This document shows positions 11,621 through 25,426 of a stretch of 64,000 bases of DNA, in pieces. A program made the translations under genes and the position numbers. Numbering within the stretch: the first letter of the stretch is position 1; every line of letters starts with the position of its first letter. Location of the stretch: contig CP075495.1 in assembly GCA_021613535.1 (NCBI GenBank), positions 1,860,001-1,924,000 on the forward strand. Reading direction: 5' to 3'. Source of the stretch: Adineta vaga. Taxonomy: Eukaryota > Animalia > Rotifera. Under the pieces are notes generated by a model. It saw only the letters and a list, made by a program, of their open reading frames with translations, made no database searches and had not been told where the DNA came from.

Positions 11621-14600
11621 CATACCTAATCTCATATTTTCTTTTGCACGATGTCGAAGAAATAGAAGTTTATCAACTGGTACGGGTCCTCGTACATTTG
11701 AACGACGTGATGATGATCGACGATAATTTGATGGTTCTCGACGACTAAAAAACGAATCTTAAAAGACTAATCATACTATTCATCAAATTTACAGTTCTCC
11801 TTTTGGTGCTTTTCGTAAACATATTACTAATTTTTCTGTATCCGTACTCCAAACATTGATTTCTCCATCATACGAAGCTGTACACATTAAATTACTAATT
11901 GGTAATAAATGTTCTAAACATAAGATATCATCTCGATGAATTTGTGAACCACGCCATGTTAAATCTGGTTTCGGTAATACAACCTAATTAGAAAAGAAAA
12001 GGAAATTAAACATTGTTTTTTTTCAACATATAATTATTGTAAAAAACAAAACGAACTAATTAATTTATTTCGTGTATTAATATCTGAGTAAATAAGTGTC
12101 ATGTTTTTTTTTATTCACACCATATTTATACCCCGACAGTTTCGTTTTGATCGTCAGTTTTATCCTACAAATGTATATATTTATATATTATAACAAAGAA
12201 AATTCAATAATTTATATTTCTCTTAATTAAAATTGATCAATTCTTACATCAGATATAAAATTAACATATTTAACAATTTTTCTTGACCAACCAACTGTAA
12301 CAACACCATTATCAGCAAAGAGAATTCCAGTTATTTCAGCATCTTCTGCACTTGGTAATGTATGAAGATTTTGACCATTCGCACTATTCCAAATCTGTTC
12401 AACACAAATATTATAAACAAAATGTTATGCATAAAAAACGAAACTCTCACCTTAATTACACCATTTCGAGCACCAGTAGCAAGTTTTCGACATGGTCGAT
12501 CAATTGCAATACTTGTAATTTCTTCTCCATCATGTGCATCAAGAACCATATAAGCCTTTCGACCAGATTCAATATCCCATGCACCAATACTAGAATTGTC
12601 CGCACAGGTAATCAACTAACATTATATAGAAAAGAAATCAACAGAATAATATCTTCATTAGAAAAAGAATATATTTCATATAATTACATGTTTAAGTTTA
12701 GGATTATAAACAGCACAACTAATAGGTGCAGAATGTGTTTCTATCAGATTTTGATCTCTAGATGTATCTTGTCCTAATTTCATGAGAGATAAATAATCAT
12801 TACAAGCTAAAATTAGACCACCAGGTAAACTATCCACATGAATATTTGATCGATTTAAATATAAATCCATTGGAAAAAGACCAAAACTAGGCGTTTTACC
12901 GCTTAATGTACTAGGAAATCGAACACAAATTGTTTGAAGACAAAATAATTCTTTTAAATCCCAAGCTTTGACTACCTAGAAATTTTCTTTCAAGAAACTA
13001 ATTCTCTAAATAAAGAAAACAATAACATACTGCATCTTTACTAAATGTATAACATTGTGCTAAACGTTCATTTATTCGTATATCAATAACAGCTGCATGA
13101 TGTCCTTCTAAAATAGCCGTATTCTTTTGCGTAACATATGGATTCCAAATACGTGCAAGATAATCAGCACCACCAGTAATAAGAATATTCAATTCTCGAT
13201 TATAATCAAAACATTCACAACCCTATGAAATAATAAGAAAAAGAAAAGATGAAAATAATCATTTTTTATTGTTGATTTTCCTATTACTTTATATAATCGA
13301 AAAATATAAGATTTTTTAATTTTATTGATCGTTTGTATAATTAAAGAATTTTTACTATCACCACTGGATGAAATAATGGAATTATTATGTGGAACATAGA
13401 GAATTTTTCGAACATATTCTCGATGAACAGGACCCATATTAACATATCGTACGAATTTATCATGATCTTTCAATTCCTATATGATAATATGAGATTAATG
13501 CAAAGAAGATGTTATTATAAACATACATCCCAAAATATTCGTTGAATATTATTTGTTGATGTTTTATCTGATTTGATAGAATCAGTCTTCTTTCGAGCAG
13601 GATCAAATAGATAATTCGTCGGTTTTTTAAAATATAAAATATGAATAGAACCACAATCATCACCAAAAATTAATGCCGATTCAGTATTATTATTCTACAA
13701 ACAAACATAACAAATTCATCTTTCCAAAAAAACTTCGTTTCTTACCATACGACTTGGATAATAATCAAGACAAGTTGGTACATCTTTCACTCCTAGAAAC
13801 AAACATATTCAAAATTGATTCATCACTTTTCTTTTGTTTTTCGTTCGTTTAACCTACCGAATATAACATATTCTTCGAGAAATATTTCTGTTGATATCGT
13901 AAAAAATCGTAAATCTCGACTAGTCGATGCTAGTACTAATTTATGTGCATCGGACATATAAACTGCATCTGTTATCCACATTCCTGCACGTCGACGTGTT
14001 TGTCCACTACCAGCTACATTTGCTGTTGTTGTATCATCTATTTCTTCAGCAGCAGAATATGTTTTTTCCAAATTAAGATTCGTTGTCCAGAGACCTAAAT
14101 AACCTTCTTTACTTATATTGATAAATTTAACAGGATTTTCTAGATGAAGAACTTTCGCACTTAATTCTAACTAAAATGAATAAGTTGAAAAAATGTTTGC
14201 TTTTTTATTTCTTTTCTTCTTTCTAACTCACTTTATTATGAGGAACATGTCGAATTTTTGGTTCAGTATTAAATGGTATGGTTCGTAATGCATTGGCATA
14301 GTCTTCTTCGAGATAGAATTGTAACATATATGCACAAAAATCATTCCAATTAATGAATCCTGATTCTTTAGAGTTTAGCTAATAAAATTTAGAAAAAAAA
14401 AGAAGATTTTCATAGAAGATTTATTTGAGTTTTTACTTTCTCAAATAGTTTCTCTAATTGATTGCCATATTTATTGTAATCTAATATAGATTGAAATGCT
14501 TCGAAGAATTCTTCTTTATTCAATAAACCTGAAAGAATTCGTATATGTTAAAATTAATTTCGAAGAAATCAATATTTTCTTACCGGTTAATCTTTCACTT

Positions 14601-15036
14601 GTTTTATTAGTTTCATCAGGAATATCAACTATCGCTCGATTAAATCGATCACGAAGAAGTTCAAAATCTTGAACGCGAAGTTTTTTTTCAATTGTAAGTG
14701 AATCATTACTAAAAAAAACATAAAGATTTGAAATAGAATAGATATGACGAGATATTTCTATACTTAAACTCGTCGATAGTATCCATGAATAGAAAAGAAA
14801 GAAAGAAGTGAAGAACTGTTGCTTCTTTTTCAGTATCACTTATCAAATTACTCAACTTCTATTCATCAATTTCAAGGGTAGCAAAGAGAAAGAGAGAGAG
14901 AGAATGGTAATGAAGCATTGAAATTTGAGAAGATATCAACAAGCATAAGACAGATGTATTACCTGTCAACTTCAAAAAGAGGTTCTTCAGTTTCGGATGC
15001 AGTTGTTCCATCTTCATTCTTGAGATTTTCCTCCAT
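10325..15036 (-). CDS. EF-hand plus WD40-repeat protein (WDR49/WDR64/EFCAB8/WDY family), many exons
   Basis: ATG 15036 (MEENLKNEDG). EF-hand-like KDSGFINWNDFCAYML. WD repeats LITGGADYLARIWNPY, EGHHAAVIDI, LATGARNGVIK, ICGDTLGEIRIWNI, ITASTDHTARLW. Stop at 10325-10327. Confidence 0.8.
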
Positions 15037-15690
15037 TTTTATTCGACTTATCTAATCGTAAAGAGAATTTATTCTTTATTATCGACTAACTATTGACAAT
15101 AACAACAACAACATCATCATTATCGATAAAATTTGTTGTCGACATAGAGCAAAACAAGTTTTCTTTTTTCTATTGCTTCATTGTTGAAATTTTTCAATGC
15201 TTTATCGTCATCTATGTATGGTATGTTGTCTTCTTTTTTTTTCTGTTCGTTTCTCTGGTTGTCACCTTGTTAAACAGCAACCGTCACTTAGTTTTCTTCT
15301 TCTTCTTTTACTTTTGGCAGCAGCAACAATATAAAGACAGAATTAAAAAACATTCGAAGAAGAAAAAAGACGACCGACATCAACGATGAAGAGAAGAAAA
15401 AAAAGAGAGCAAAAAAACGTAGTTATGCGATCGTGCATATGAAAAGAAGAATTAAAGAAATCAGACAGCAACGTGCAAATTATAAATTGATTTTATAATA
15501 AGAAGTTTGCATTGAATCAACTTGATACCTTCAAATATACAGCATCTTGACTCTTCAAGTTAGTAATTGAAGAGCAAAAAAATTTATTCATCGTACATAA
15601 GTAATATTTATTCATTCTTATGTAGTTTTAATTACTTTTCTAATTACATGAACAAGTCCAAGTATCTGTTATCATATATATGTTAAGAAT

Positions 15691-16497
15691 TCATGTTGTC
15701 CAGATTTGTATCGTATTGAAATCAGATTCAATATAATCACGATCAATAATTGGATATTCATATTCACATTTCATGATATCTTTAAGTTGATTAATAACAA
15801 TTTTCTTGAAACTATATCGACCTGGATCAGCGAGAAGAACTTGAAGATGATATCGACGAGCAATAAGTATTAATTTAACTATTTGTTCAGCTAGTTGATG
15901 ATCATAACACATATCACCAATGATCAACAAATCAAGTGGAGTTTTGTTTAATAATATTGAAGGATTTTCAAGAAGATTATCCGATGAACATTCATCAATG
16001 CTCATATTATTCAATTGAGCATTATGACAAGTTGCTATCAATGCATCTGAATAGCAAAAAGAAAAACTCGAGATAGAACAACGGAAAATATCATCTGTCT
16101 AATTACCTTGATCGATATCATTTGCAATTACATTTCTTGCACCTGCCATCTTTGAAGCTATTGCACTTGCTCCACATCCACATCCAAGATCTAAAACACG
16201 ACGTCCTTGAACAAATGAACGATGATCTAATACATAACTTGTGATTAAAAACGAAATAAGGTTTATTTTGATAAATATATGTGATACTTACCGACTTAAT
16301 GCTTGACTTCCTGGCCAAAGAAAAGCCCACCATGGATCTGTTCGATCAAGTTTCATCATTGCTTCCTGATAAGGAATATGCCATAAAGAATTCGCTGAAG
16401 TTAATATACTTAATGTTAATTCAGGTACGAGAAGACATGCACGATGAACTGGTGGTAAAAGATGTTGAAAAATGTATTCACATGTTTTTCTTTGCAT
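15691..16497 (-). CDS. ETFBKMT: ETF-beta lysine methyltransferase (METTL20), 3 exons
   Basis: PELTL...DPWWAFLWPGSQALSRY, VLDLGCGCGASAIA, ANDID, LIIGDMCYD, VLLADPGR. Confidence 0.85.
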
Positions 16498-16654
16498 AAT
16501 TATTCACTTTTCTGGAATTAGATCATAGATTATTTATTTAAAATAAATGCTTCAACCAAAAAATCATTCTCATAGAAATGCGAGATTCAGATAAAAAAAA
16601 CTAAAAGTATTTATCAAAACACACCTAATATTGAAAACTACTAAGAAATTATTC

Positions 16655-19011
16655 TCATAAAACAGCATAAATACTCAAATAATCATGAGTAAAAAGTTTT
16701 CTAAAATACGGCGTTGGATTTGTTTGAAGTGTGTGACATGCAAGAGTTGTACGTCGTAAGATTCGTTCATCTATTTCATCGAGATCATACATTTCAGGAA
16801 ATGAACAACCTTTCGGACGATTATCAATCGTACACCAATGAGATTCATAAACATAATAATTTACTTGAAAATCTTTTAAAATCGAATGTATATATCGAAG
16901 TGGTTTCCGGGAATACATTGAATAAAGAAGTTTAACTCGACGTCGAATTTTTGCATGTTCATAATGAGGATGAACAACAATTGAACGACGTGTTGATAGT
17001 TTTAAATTAGCCATTGTTGGCATTGTACCAGCAAAAATTGAATTATTAGCAGTATTTTCATTAATCCAATCAATCATTTTCTCCATAGGATAATTTGAAT
17101 ATTCACCTTTAATATTTAATTGTTCTTTAATATTCTTTCGTCCTTCAATCGTCATTCCTATAACAATAATAATAAATAAAACAATCTTCCATTTCTTTAC
17201 TGCTAAAATTCGTTTTGGCCATAATTGTTCATTCATAAATAGACTGATTAGTAAACATAATTGTGGAACAGGAAAAAGTTTTAAACGCATAATAAATATA
17301 CCCATGAGAATATATGCACATGCTTGAATGACATGATAATATATCCATATTTGTTTGTTATTATTTTGAAATATATCAAGAAGAAAATCGTAAACAATTC
17401 GTAAGATAATAATGAATGAAAGAGGAAGTAAACCAGTCCTACAGAGTTTCTTAATCGTGTCTAAATCGATAAAATCAAATTCTTTTGCACATGTATATAA
17501 TTGTGTATCGAATGTTCGATATTTTGATGAAAGTTTAGATTTTAATATATCCCAAATATGTGCATCATCATCCGGTGATTTGAAAAGTAAATCTATAATA
17601 ATAAATTTAATGAAAATAAATGCAAAACTAAAGAAAAAGATTCGTCGAAGAATAATAATTAATCGATAAGATTGAAATATTGATGAAGATAAATATCGAC
17701 AGAGATTATCGAAAATACAAACTAAATAAAATGAAAATAGAATCATAGAAAATAAAGATGTTAATAACATTCGATTTCCAAACATGAAGATAACTGATAT
17801 AATTAATGAAAGTAATTGAGTACAGAGAATAAAGAAGAATTGTTCAGATGGAAGAAGATTAAAAATAAAAAGAATACCAAGTGATAATAATTGTGTTGCT
17901 AATGTAAATTGAGCAACTAAAATCACGGATAGGAGAACTATTTCAAATGGAAATATCGATACTTACATTGCCATGGTAACATGTATAGTACTGTTGAACC
18001 ACATAGTATGAATATTAGTTGCATTTTACGTCGAGATGATATGGAATTTTGTGGTGGATCAATTGTTATATCATGTTTTTTAATATATCCTACGAAAGAT
18101 TTGAAAATATTCTGATTAATCAATGTTTGATATTGTTGTTGTTGTAAAACATATGTTATAGCATATAATTGAAGAATATGAAATGGAAATGAAAAATTTT
18201 CACGAAGTGGTGGTGTCCTAAAACGAGAAAAGATCGAAAAACTAATGAATTTTCTTTCTTTTTTGTTTTGTTTGCATTATACCACATAACTCTTGTTGCT
18301 TCACCATGATTGAACATATAAGCAAGCACTGTTAAGATTCCACCAAGAATACTTTTCGATAAATATGTAGCGAATAAAAATAAAAGACCAAGTAAACAAC
18401 CATTCAAGATAAAAACACTTGTAACATAGAAATACGTCGGTTCTTTATGTCCTTCACATGATAAAATTGGACTGATATTTTCACCTCGATCAACTCGATA
18501 ACATTGTTCATTTAACATATTTTTCGATCTCATAAAATGATAAATTAAACTCAAGACAACTTCCGGATAGAGATTAAATCGTTCTAAAACATTGATTGTC
18601 GTTGGTGCTTCTGTTCGATTATCGAATAGAATGGAACGAAAACCTTGTATAAATGATGAAGAATCAATAGCAATTTCTTTGAAATAAGAATAATAAAGAC
18701 CCATTTCTGTTCGAAAAGATAATTCTCGTTCTAATGTTGATAAATGTGAAAAATGTTTATCATTCTCAAATAATCTATAGATATAATAAAAATGAAAATA
18801 AGATAAACCCATTGCAATTATTAACATAACCACGACATAGGCCAAGAAAAATGACTATAACATAAATGAGAATGTATATTACACAATAAAACAGTTATTT
18901 GTTCTTCAATTTCATTACTTGAGAATTTGGCTTAGTTTTGTCTATTTTCAATTCTTTTGTCGGAGTATTTTTTCGCTTATTGGATGTTCGTTGTTGACGA
19001 TCTTTTGACAT
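16655..19011 (-). CDS. DPY19L: DPY-19-like C-mannosyltransferase
   Basis: LFENDKHFSHLSTLERELSFRTEMGLYYSYFK, RFNLYPEV, EATRVMWTPPLRENF, IVVHPHYE; ATG 19011 (MSKDRQQ). Confidence 0.93.
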
Positions 19012-19084
19012 ATTACTAAAAATTTAATCTAGAATAAAAAAAAGAAAAGAAAAGAAAAGAAAGCTTAATCAATAAAAATCTTTT

Positions 19085-19765
19085 TTATTTCTTTGCTAAA
19101 CCAATCAAATTAAATCGAATATCACCGTCGAGTTCCTGTACTTTTTGTTTTATCTCTCGAGTGACATGAGAATGAAAACTTTCGTCCTTCAATTCTCTAA
19201 TGAATTTTGCTTGTGGACCTCTTGTACTACCATTCAATTCATATAATTTATTACTTTCCGAAACAATATAAGCTATGTAATGATAACCAACTCGTTCACT
19301 ATCAATCATTTCGGTTTGACCTTGTTCAGCTGTTTCTTCATGAGCTTCATGAATTTCCGCATCATTTAAAAGAATAAGAGCTCTTTCATCAGCAGTCTTC
19401 GTTTTCGTTTTATCGAAAAAATCAGCCAATGGAGAATTCGGTTTTAGAATAACTTTATCCAAATTATTACCAACTGCATGAAGAAGTGCAATGAGACAAC
19501 AACAACTATCTAATTCTTCAATTTGTTTAATTGTCCATAAATTATCATCGATAACTGATGAGGATTCATCGGAAATAGGTGTTGAACCATTGTCTGGATA
19601 GAGGAAAATAAACGCATAGATGTTTTCATCCGATGGATAATCTTCATCAAGTGAATAAATTTCAATAAATTCAAATGAATTCCCATCAACACCGAGTTTT
19701 TCCATGTATGTATGCCATAAATCAGGATCGGATTCAAGTGCATGCCAAGAACTTAAAGAAGACAT
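19085..19765 (-). CDS. Ubiquitin C-terminal hydrolase (UCH-L1/L3 family, peptidase C12), intronless, atypical active site
   Basis: WHALESDP, AFIFLYP, CCCLIALLHAVGN, HEETAEQGQT, YHYIAY, LYELNG, IRFNLIGL. Confidence 0.88.
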   Translation of the reverse strand: MSSLSSWHALESDPDLWHTYMEKLGVDGNSFEFIEIYSLDEDYPSDENIYAFIFLYPDNGSTPISDESSSVIDDNLWTIKQIEELDSCCCLIALLHAVGNNLDKVILKPNSPLADFFDKTKTKTADERALILLNDAEIHEAHEETAEQGQTEMIDSERVGYHYIAYIVSESNKLYELNGSTRGPQAKFIRELKDESFHSHVTREIKQKVQELDGDIRFNLIGLAKK

Positions 19766-20676
19766 CTGAAATCAAGTTCCATGTTTATCGAGATTGAAGA
19801 TATTTATAAAAAGAAAAAAAAAGAAAAACTTTCGTCGCATAATACAAACATTCGTAGTGCTGCTAAGAAAATTATCATATGAATTAATATACAGCTGTCT
19901 CAACAGATGTCTTGACTGATTCAATTGTTTCGAAAAATGAATCACTTCAATCTTCATTAGTACGAATACGAATAGAAATGAACAGTGATTTACAAGAAAA
20001 AGCTAATCAAACTGTTCTGTATGTTACAAGGACAATATAATATAAGTGAATATATAATTCAAAAGAATATGACGAAATTAATCACGTCGTCGAACGGTGG
20101 ATGTGTATGAATGAGTAAAGAAAAGAATGATTGGTAAGATGTGATAGCGAACACAGTTGACATAACTTTAAATATTAAAAAGTCGACGGATGTCGCTTGT
20201 TATTCAAAAGTATCGAAAAAGAAAACTGAAATAGTGATCGTATTTCAATTAGTTCATTATTATTTAATGCGAGGTATAAAGTGAATCTGTCTGATCATTA
20301 CAGAAACTATAACGATGAGTTTCTATTGTTATTAAACGAAACACTTTTTTTTCAATTTTAGAATATTCTATATTGGATAATTCTTTACTGAAACAATAAA
20401 TTATCTTCCATGTAAATTTTTAGAGAAACAGAGATGGACAAATCAACACTTTCTTGACTCAATCGGACATAATTCAAAACAGCCGTTTTGCGCCATCATA
20501 AATACACTGTATTCTCATCCAAAGGGTAAATTACGGTTCGTACGATGAAAGGTAATAGATAGTTGTTACTATCTTTCGATGGTTTTAAAATTCATATGAA
20601 ACACTCCGACATTCTGTTTTGGTTTAGCAATTATTGAAAAATTTCTAAAGATACAATAATTCTATTGCAATTGTAT

Positions 20677-23600
20677 TTAAACAACTGTTTCATATGCATG
20701 AGTTTTCATTTTCTCGACTTGGATCAGAGATGAGTCACTTCGACGAATCGATGGAAACGTCACAATTTCTAATGTAGGTGATTGTTCTTCTACAGGACTG
20801 TAAGTTATTGGTAGCACCATATGTTTTGTCTTATTGGAAATCGTTCGATTAAGTTCTTTTAGTTGCCACATCTTTTCTGATGGAGATTGTGCTTCCAATT
20901 CATGAATTCGTTCTTGTAATTTATCAATATGCATTTCTAACAACTTTTCACGACGAGTTGGCTTGATTTTATGATCAAATGTTAACATCGGTTCATATTC
21001 CATACAATTCTACGATAATAAAATAAGATTATTAGATGCATTCATAATTGAGATGAGTATAATTACCTGTTTTTTATCTTTTTCTAAACTTTCACGTTTA
21101 GATCGAGAAGTCACACGTGAATACGCATTTTCACACAGAAGAATAATAGTAGCAAGAATCGTTCCACCAAAAAGTAATAAAAAAGCGGATATAAAATTTA
21201 ATGTCTATATAAAATTTAAAAAAAAAGAAATTCATGTAAAGATAGATTCTATTCAAAGAAGAAAGATCACCTCGAGAGGTTGACTACTTCGTTGTGATTG
21301 ATGACCCATTCCCGATTTACAAGCTCCTAATATACAAAAAGAAAAGTAAACATATGAATCATATTTCATTCATTTTAACCTGTAAACCAAAATCGACGAA
21401 GACGTTCGATTTCACCTAGAAGAACAACAATTCCTACTTTCCTATTCTAATCAAACATTGATCAAACCGGTATAATGCATGTCAATAATTTCTTTATTAA
21501 TCATATCTTTAAATTTTGATTGTTTAGGAAATCCAATGCCATAACCAGACATTGCATACCAATTTCCTACGACACGTAATTTACATTCATCATCTTGTCC
21601 ACTAAGATAATCAAGAACAACAGCATCGTATATAAATGCATGTAATTCTCTACAATTAAAAATAAAGATTGAATTCAAACTGTAAGAGAATTTGATTTCT
21701 ACCCAGCTTTGACCGCTTTGATTCCTTCTGAAATATTCTTTTTCAGAAATTGCTTCATATATGAATATACTCCTCTATGATTCGTTTTCATTACTTCATC
21801 AGTACTCTAAATAGAAAGAATAAAACGAATAGTTATTCTTGCATTTATTTCGATGTTCTTATTAAACTCGTGAATGTCTAGACAAACGTTTTATGGATCA
21901 ATTTAATAATCATTTTCTCCTCCCTGATCATGTATTGATAATACGATTCAATATCTATTCCTCGGATAATGTAATTTTCAACAAAGAGAATGTTCACTAT
22001 TCTCTTTTCTTTTTAATCCTATCATACTAATACAATTATTCACTGAAACTAGGAATAATCTAGGGAATATTAAATAAACAAAACTATTTGTATTACTCCA
22101 TTTGCAATGGTCCCAAAACGAAATGATGGTTTCATTGAATGTGGATTAGCAAGCTAAAATAAAGAAATTATACACATGAAAAGTCACTTTTGATTAAACA
22201 TACGCGATAATCAGTAACACCCGACAGATCAAAATAGATTTCTTTTGTAATCATAAAAGCAGCTGTAATAAAAATCATTTACAGAACAATGTTAATATGC
22301 AAGTATCTATTTTAACAAAACCTAGATTAGCTGTATAACTAGCTGTAAATGCCAAACAGAAACAAGCCCAAATATTCGCGACAAATTTCGATGTAAAACT
22401 TTTTGGATGATTAACTTTAGCTGGTGCGCGAAATAGAATTACCCAACTTAACCATACTGATTGAAAAAATGTGACATTGTGATCTAGATTGAGTTGAATT
22501 AATGTATAGCATTAGAACTTTAAATAAGTACCTTGTTTTCTTGATGGTCGAAAAAGTCCATCGATATGTTCGATAAATGTTTTACATTTTGATTGTTCAA
22601 TTTGATTATCCTAAAATTAGTAAATCAATACTTTCACTTTGTAGATATATCAAAATTTGATCAAACTAATCCTTAACATACTGGATTGACATCATAATTC
22701 GTCAGTCGTTGTTGAAAATATTCAAATAGAAAAACGACTATAGCCACACCATGAAGACTAACTACTAAGATTAAAATCCATATACGATAATCATAGGGTT
22801 CTAGAAATGATTGCAAAGAATAATAATTTCATGAGTAGAAACATTGTTTTTACTAACTAAGAAAAGCTGTTGTTGATATTGCACCTGGTCTTAATGAAAC
22901 AACAATAGCAATACCTGTTTCCATCAATGGTATACTAAAATCAATTGCAGCATTTCGTTCTGTTGTTACTTTTAATGAAGTTAATGTTAGATCTGCTCGA
23001 TTTTCTAATAGTTCAGCAACAAGACCATTCCATTTATTCTAAATATTAATATTGATTTTTTTTCCTGAAATTCCAAATCAATAAGAAATAGAATAAATAA
23101 CATACAGTGATTGGATTTCGTCCACCCCATGTTCGATCAAGAACTTGATAAAGTTCAAATTCAAATTTAAGTCGATCTTTAAGAATATTGAATATATCAA
23201 TATAAAATCCAGAACAACATTGATAATGTAGAGGATCACTATGATTTGCTCCACTAAAATCATTTCAAAAGGGTTCATAAAAAATGAAATGAATAGTTCT
23301 ATTCATACGAATTTTCTGGTCCAATTCGACATATAACTGATCCAGCTTGACATTTTCCATCAGGAAATGCATTTTTCATCATAACAAATGGATATTCTTG
23401 AAGTGTAACTACTTTCAAATAGTAAATAATCGGTTTGCCTGGTGGCGGTTTTGATCGATCACCTGGCCATTGAATATCAGCTATTGTCAATGTATTATTA
23501 ACATATTCACCCACCTAATTCATAGAACGACATGTACGAAATACATATATATATAGAAAAATCCTTTACTTTTTTCCATTCTTTATTCGGTGTTTGAAAA

Positions 23601-25426
23601 TTCATTACTGAATAATTCGCTGCCATTGCTAAACCATCTTGTTGAAAAATACCATAAGCTCGTTGAAATTCCGTTTTCAATAAACTAAATTCATCAATAT
23701 GAAATCATTGATTACAAAGTTATTCGACTCACTCATAAACATTCGGATAGATATGTTTTAATGATGAATGCTCAATTGATTTATTATCAGTAAATAATCG
23801 ATTACATACTAATCGATTCTGAGCAAATACACGTCTTGATGTTGTTGTATTAATTGTTCGCTGTTGTGTTATATTTAATGAGATTATATTTGAAAATACA
23901 TTGATTAATAAAGGTCCAATATATTTATCAAATCGAGCAAGTACAGAATCTAAAGATGTATTTTTTAGAAAGAAATGTAGGTTTTTTTTTCTTTTAAAAA
24001 AGAAAAATCGAACCTCGAGTAACATCGTTATATAAAGCTAAAATAATTATTCATAGTTAGAAGAAGATAAAGATGAATAAAACACACAAACCTAATGTAC
24101 CAGTAAAGAAATCCATTTTTCGTCGATTTGGATTATCATATGGACTTAATTTTGGTTCATTTCCACTACTATATGTTGCTAAAACAAAAGAAAGAAACTT
24201 TTTTTTTTGTTCAAAAATCAATGAATTAATTCTATTTGTCAATTAGAAATTACACAGAACAATTGATGACATGATCCACATATATTCCGGTCCCGTGAGA
24301 CTCATATTACGGGCTTGGTTGGCAATAATTGATGCTAATGTTCTTATAAACAAACAGAAATGGAAATATTCTAAGATCTAATCAAATGAAACTACGATTA
24401 AAACATACGATGTTGTATGTACAATGATAACACGTGTTTCAGGATTCATTAATGATAATTGTTGTTTAATATGTATCGGATTAGTATTTTTCATATGAAC
24501 AATGGAAAGAATTGTCAATCTGTTAAGATTAAATATATTAAATCGTAAATTTAGGAAAAAGATTCACGTACTTTTTTTGACCTTTACGATGATTTCGATT
24601 ACATGTATTTTTTCCACTAAGACCAAGGATAAACGATACAACAAATAGAAGAAGAAGAAGAGGAAATACTTCTTACCAATTTCGTTGTTCGGAACTATGT
24701 TCTTCAAATTCTTGAACTAATTCTTTTTCACCAGGTAAATGTGGATCAATAATCAATGAAAATGTATTCCAATCATATCTTTCCATTAAAGATAATAATG
24801 CACGAGCTTCTTCACGATATGTTGGTGCTAATTGAAAGAAACGTAAATTAGGAAAATTCTAAATAAATAATCAAATCATTGTCAAATATATCAAAATGAA
24901 AAAAGTGATTGATTTTGACATACTCCAGGATGAAATGGATGAAAGAAATGAAATGTAATCATTGGATATTGTAGCAATGTTAAAAGTTTGAGAAAAAATA
25001 GATAAGCTGCTGGTGATGCATGATTTTCATCAACATAATCATTTAAATAGATCATTAACATAGGTTGTAATTGTATAATTGAACAAAGACTTCCAACTAA
25101 TGCATCTACAGATTGTGCATACATATTATATGCTGATCGTCTGAAATTATATATATATGTAGATATTTTCGAAAACTAAAAGAGAAAAAAAGAAGTTACA
25201 TATCAAATTTGACACATGTTGTTGTTGAATTTGTTGTAAAAACTGGTGATGCAAAGAATTTCAATTGAGAAAATCGATCATCACTTCGAGATGATAATGA
25301 TGCCATTGGAATAGTCACACAAGTCATATTTGATGTAAAAACACGATGAATTTTCAAATCAACAAATGATGTACGATTAATAATAAGAAGAAAAAATAAT
25401 ATTAATCGAATAGAAGAAGATGACAT
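20677..25426 (-). CDS. GRIN2: NMDA-type ionotropic glutamate receptor, GluN2/NMR-2-like, more than 20 exons
   Basis: Signal peptide; FFQLAPT in the ATD; [12 protein letters not shown]; WNGLVAEL; [21 protein letters not shown]; AFLEPYDY; SYTANLAAFMI; [10 protein letters not shown]; C-terminal class I PDZ ligand ETVV*. Confidence 0.92.

Noticed and set aside
20440-20640. Slightly GC-richer patch with a small hairpin downstream of the NMDA receptor
   Set aside because: No ORF, terminal repeats or target-site duplication recognisable; likely 3'UTR.
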